This document shows positions 60,667 through 64,000 of a stretch of 64,000 nt of DNA, in pieces. The DNA comes from Oscillospiraceae bacterium (GTDB taxonomy: Bacteria; Bacillota; Clostridia; Oscillospirales; CAG-272): NCBI GenBank assembly GCA_015063905.1, contig SVTF01000007.1, forward strand, positions 2,975 to 66,974, in the 5' to 3' direction. The position numbers and the translations under genes were made by a program. The notes under the pieces were generated by a model. It was not told the origin of the DNA and did no database searches. It saw only the letters and a list, made by a program, of their open reading frames with translations. The number at the start of each line of letters is the position of its first letter. Positions within the stretch are counted from its first letter, which is position 1.

Positions 60667-61752
60667 TTGGAAAACACGCTTAAGCTTAAGTCCGGCGCGA
60701 CTATAAAGCAGGTCTCGCGGACGGAGGCTGACAAAAAGAATTATCTCACTCGTGGGATATTGACACAGATGCACCTTATGCCTGGGGGCGATCCCGTTGC
60801 ATTTGACAGGGCGGAGGACGGTAGCCTGATCTACTATTTTGATGCCGATAAGGTGGTGGAGGCGCCGCCGGAGCAGTGGTATTTTCCCCGCGCCAGAAAA
60901 GAAGAAAAACGGCTGGAAAGCGGCTCTACCATTGAGAGAATGAGCATAAAACGCGCGGCATCCTGCGGATATTATACAAAAGAGCGCCTTTTGCAGATGC
61001 ACTATGAAGTTATCGAGGAGCCTGTGGCATTTACTGTTAAGGGCGACGGTACTACTTTGTATTTTTACGATAAAAAGACGGCTGTAAGATTGCCACTTGA
61101 GTGTGTTAAGTGCGGAAAGGACATAAGATACCGTCGCAAGCTTTGCCGCAAGTGTTATGAGGAGGATCTGGCTCAAAGGCGCGAGGAGGGCGATATTTAT
61201 CGCGGCGCTTACTACGGAATGGAGCGCGAACGCGTTCTGTTTTTCGACCTTGAGCTGACGGGCGTTTACGATCACGATGAGATAATTTCCATATCTATTA
61301 CCGACGCTACGGGAAAGATAATAATGGACACCCTTGTCAAGCCCGCTCATAAGAAAAAGTGGAAGCAGACCGAGAAAATACACGGAATCACACCCGATAT
61401 GGTTGCGGACGCGCCTCTTCTTGACGAGCTTATTCCCGAGATCAAACGAATTTTTGCGGGTGCGGATAACATAATAGCATATGGAGTTTCAACCGATTAT
61501 AGCCACATAAAATACATATACGATACCGAGGCGGAGCGCGAGGAGCTAAAGGCAAAGACACGTTGCTGCGCAAACGAGTTTGTCAGATATGCGCACGAGC
61601 ATCTTCCAGATCTCAGCCACGCGTCGCTTACCGATGCTATGGCGGCGTTTGAGGTGGATTGGGACGGAATTGCGCATACGTCTATCGCGGATACTATCGG
61701 TTGTATGAAGGTTTGGGAAAAATTGTTCCCGAACTACTACTCAAAGGCTTAA
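60667..61752 (+). CDS. DEDD-family 3'-5' exonuclease (DnaQ/RNase T-like) with a duplicated ~60-aa N-terminal module and a CxxC...CxxC zinc ribbon
   Basis: The ORF track starts at the ATG at 60607, which has no RBS. The in-frame TTG at 60667 lies 7 nt after GGAGGA. Exo motifs are FFDLELTG (ExoI), AYGVSTDYSHI (ExoII-like) and HTSIADT (ExoIII, DEDDh). The N-terminal repeats are SGATIKQ...PVAFDRAEDGSLIYYFD and SGSTIER...PVAFTVKGDGTTLYFYD. Confidence 0.7.
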   Translation: MENTLKLKSGATIKQVSRTEADKKNYLTRGILTQMHLMPGGDPVAFDRAEDGSLIYYFDADKVVEAPPEQWYFPRARKEEKRLESGSTIERMSIKRAASCGYYTKERLLQMHYEVIEEPVAFTVKGDGTTLYFYDKKTAVRLPLECVKCGKDIRYRRKLCRKCYEEDLAQRREEGDIYRGAYYGMERERVLFFDLELTGVYDHDEIISISITDATGKIIMDTLVKPAHKKKWKQTEKIHGITPDMVADAPLLDELIPEIKRIFAGADNIIAYGVSTDYSHIKYIYDTEAEREELKAKTRCCANEFVRYAHEHLPDLSHASLTDAMAAFEVDWDGIAHTSIADTIGCMKVWEKLFPNYYSKA

Positions 61753-61765
61753 GCGAGGTCGTTGT

Positions 61766-62947
61766 ATGAGAGAGATATTGCTTTGTAAATACGGCGAGAT
61801 AGTCTTAAAGGGAGCAAATAAGCGATACTTTGAGGATACGCTGTGTAAAGAACTGCGCCGCCGAGCCAAAAAGTGCGGAAATTTTGATATATCAAGGGCG
61901 CAAAGCACGATATATATCGAGCCAAAGGATGATTTTGCGGATATTGACGCTATGTTTGAGGCTGCAAGCAAGACGTTTGGACTTGCGGCTATAGGAAGAG
62001 CGGCAGTTTGCGAAAAGGATCTCGACGATATAAAGAGGGTGGCGAGAGAGTACATTCCTCAGTTCCTTTTTGGCAAAAAGAGCTTTAAGGTTGAGGGAAA
62101 GAGAAGCGATAAGACCTTTCCGCTTAATTCAATGGAGCTGGCGGGCGAAATAGGTGCCGAGATACTGGAAGCCACGGGCGGCAAGATACGCGTTGACGTC
62201 CGTAATCCCGAAATTACCGTTAAGGTGGAAATAAGAGAAAGAGCCGCGTACGTTCACGCGGGACAGTTCAAGGGAGCAGGCGGAATACCCGTAGGCACGG
62301 GAGGGCACGGAATGCTGCTTTTATCGGGCGGAATTGATTCTCCCGTCGCGGGATATATGATGGCAAAGCGCGGATTGCGCGTTGAAGCCGTGCATTTCGA
62401 GTCCATTCCTTATACCAGTGAGCTGGCAAAGGATAAGGTAGTCAGATTGGCGAGAACTATTGCTGCATATACGGGAGACGTATACATTCACGTGGTCTCG
62501 CTTACCAAGATACAGGAAGAGCTTGTTAAGCATTGCGAGGAGGATTATTTTACTCTGCTGCTGCGCAGATATATGATGTATATCGCGTCAAAGATAGCCG
62601 CGGATCACGAAAGCAAGTGCTTGATAACGGGCGAGTCATTGGGTCAGGTTGCGTCGCAGACTATGGAGGCGATCGCCGTTACGGATAACGCGGCAAGCAT
62701 TCCCGTGCTTCGCCCCTGTATAGGCATGGACAAGGAGGAGATCGTTGAGATCTCGCGCAAGATAGGCACGTTTGATATTTCTATAGAGCCTTACGAGGAT
62801 TGCTGTACCGTGTTTACGCCCAAGCACCCTAAAACCAAGCCGCAGCTTGACAAGGTACTGGTTGAAGAAAGAAAGCTGGACTTTGAGGCGTTAGCCAAAG
62901 AGGCGATCGACGGAGCTTACGTGATCAAGGCGGAGGCTTATCAATAA
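61766..62947 (+). CDS. thiI: tRNA 4-thiouridine(8) synthase ThiI
   Basis: 393 aa. ILLCKYGEIVLKG start (ferredoxin-like/THUMP) and PP-loop LLSGGIDSPVA. Confidence 0.9.
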   Translation: MREILLCKYGEIVLKGANKRYFEDTLCKELRRRAKKCGNFDISRAQSTIYIEPKDDFADIDAMFEAASKTFGLAAIGRAAVCEKDLDDIKRVAREYIPQFLFGKKSFKVEGKRSDKTFPLNSMELAGEIGAEILEATGGKIRVDVRNPEITVKVEIRERAAYVHAGQFKGAGGIPVGTGGHGMLLLSGGIDSPVAGYMMAKRGLRVEAVHFESIPYTSELAKDKVVRLARTIAAYTGDVYIHVVSLTKIQEELVKHCEEDYFTLLLRRYMMYIASKIAADHESKCLITGESLGQVASQTMEAIAVTDNAASIPVLRPCIGMDKEEIVEISRKIGTFDISIEPYEDCCTVFTPKHPKTKPQLDKVLVEERKLDFEALAKEAIDGAYVIKAEAYQ

Positions 62948-62963
62948 TACGAGAGGTGGCATA

Positions 62964-63527
62964 ATGGAACAGAAGTATTACAGAATGAACATCGCGGGAC
63001 TTGAGCGCGACCTGCCAATGTGTCCCTTGAATGAAAACTTGCAGATAGCGGGATTTGTCATATTCGGAGATCCCGAGCTGACCACGGCTTGCTCCGCGGC
63101 GTTGCTTCAAAAGGCACCCGAGTACGATTACATGATCTCCGCCGAGGCAAAGGGAATACCGCTTGTTCACGAAATGGCGCGACTTGCGGGCAATCAGAAA
63201 TATTTTCTCGCGCGCAAGGCACCAAAGCTTTATATGACGGGAGTTTTTGAATCGGTAGTTAAGTCAATAACCACCGAAAAGGTTCAAAAACTGTATCTCG
63301 ACGTAGCTGACGCGCAAATAATGAAGGGCAAAAAGATACTTATCGTTGACGACGTTATTTCAACAGGAGAATCGCTCCGCGCGGTTGAGCAATTGGTTAA
63401 GCTCGCGGGCGGAGAGATCTGCGGAAGAATGGCAATTCTTGCCGAGGGCGATGCGGCTGACAGAGACGATCTTATCTATCTTGAAAAGCTTCCACTGTTT
63501 GATAAAGACGGTTGCCCGATCCAATAA
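62964..63527 (+). CDS. Phosphoribosyltransferase family protein (adenine/purine PRTase-like)
   Basis: 187 aa with the PRPP-binding loop KILIVDDVISTGESL. Confidence 0.75.
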   Translation: MEQKYYRMNIAGLERDLPMCPLNENLQIAGFVIFGDPELTTACSAALLQKAPEYDYMISAEAKGIPLVHEMARLAGNQKYFLARKAPKLYMTGVFESVVKSITTEKVQKLYLDVADAQIMKGKKILIVDDVISTGESLRAVEQLVKLAGGEICGRMAILAEGDAADRDDLIYLEKLPLFDKDGCPIQ

Positions 63528-63562
63528 CAGAGTATAAAACACAACACAGAGAGGAAATAAAT

Positions 63563-64000
63563 ATGGCAGAGTTTTTAACTAACAATGACAAAAGAACGTG
63601 CTATTGTGCCGAGGTCAACGAGGGCCAGGTAGGACAAAAGATTTGCGTTATGGGCTGGGTGCAGAGGCAGAGAGACCTAGGTGCGCTCATATTTATAGAC
63701 CTGCGTGACAGAACGGGTATAGTTCAGCTCGCGTTTGACGACAAGACCGACAGAGAGATATTTGATAAGGCTTTCGGCTGCCGTGCGGAGTACGTGCTTT
63801 GCGTTCACGGAACGGTAAGACCCAGAGGCGAGGGTGCGGTAAACAATAACATCCCCACAGGTAAGCTTGAGATTTACGTTGAGGAAATGAAGGTTCTTTC
63901 CGCGGCGCAGACACCTCCTTTTGAGGTAAGTGACTCCAAAAAGGTAAAGGATGAGACTGCGCTGAAATACCGTTACGTTGATCTTCGCCGCCCCGAGCTT
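63563..64000 (+). CDS. aspS: Aspartate--tRNA ligase, N-terminal 146 codons; continues beyond the window end
   Basis: Own translation from the ATG at 63563: MAEFLTNNDKRTCYCAEVNEGQVGQKICVMGWVQRQRDLGALIFIDLRDRTGIVQLAFD...LKYRYVDLRRPEL. This is the anticodon-binding OB domain followed by the conserved RYLDLRR-type block. Not in the ORF track because there is no stop within the window. Confidence 0.9.
   Translation, partial: MAEFLTNNDKRTCYCAEVNEGQVGQKICVMGWVQRQRDLGALIFIDLRDRTGIVQLAFDDKTDREIFDKAFGCRAEYVLCVHGTVRPRGEGAVNNNIPTGKLEIYVEEMKVLSAAQTPPFEVSDSKKVKDETALKYRYVDLRRPEL

Overview
64-kb chromosomal window from a moderate-GC, Gram-positive-type genome. It looks Clostridia-like: GGAGG ribosome-binding sites, TTGACA/TATAAT promoters, mnmG-rsmG-parA-parB synteny. 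All calls come from reading the sequence and ORF track by eye; no searches were run. Layout, left to right: (1) 1-8.9 kb: a truncated chrA-like gene, a GC-rich orphan gene fragment, and a LacI-controlled rare-sugar/glycoside operon (fucose-isomerase-like, ketose-3-epimerase-like, GH2) with an MFS permease. (2) 9.7-26.6 kb: a 17-gene, single-strand Wzx/Wzy surface-polysaccharide locus. It has Ugd, UDP-GlcA 4-epimerase, a GalA-kinase-like GHMP kinase, three nucleotidyltransferases (two are ~83% identical paralogs), LicD, a TupA-like ATP-grasp, six glycosyltransferases and two acetyltransferases, but no recognisable priming transferase. (3) 26.9-33.4 kb: an accessory-looking stretch. It holds a Gly/Arg/His-rich membrane protein, a sigma-70/ECF-type factor with a membrane partner, a hairpin-dense 500-bp non-coding region, a small membrane-protein gene broken by an in-frame TGA, an ABC-2 exporter and tRNA-Met/tRNA-Glu. 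(4) 33.6-41.8 kb: a five-gene GldA/GldF/GldG-type ABC system with two GldG-like paralogs and a 995-aa single-pass protein. (5) 42.1-50.9 kb: an origin-proximal housekeeping block (ahcY-mnmG-rsmG, five stacked parS sites, parA-parB, serS). (6) 50.9-64 kb: a class I LysRS fused to a tRNA-binding domain, alr-lipoprotein-AraC, split transketolase, a DEDD exonuclease with a duplicated N-terminal module, thiI, a PRTase and the start of aspS. I recognised no rRNA, CRISPR array, transposase, integrase or phage genes.
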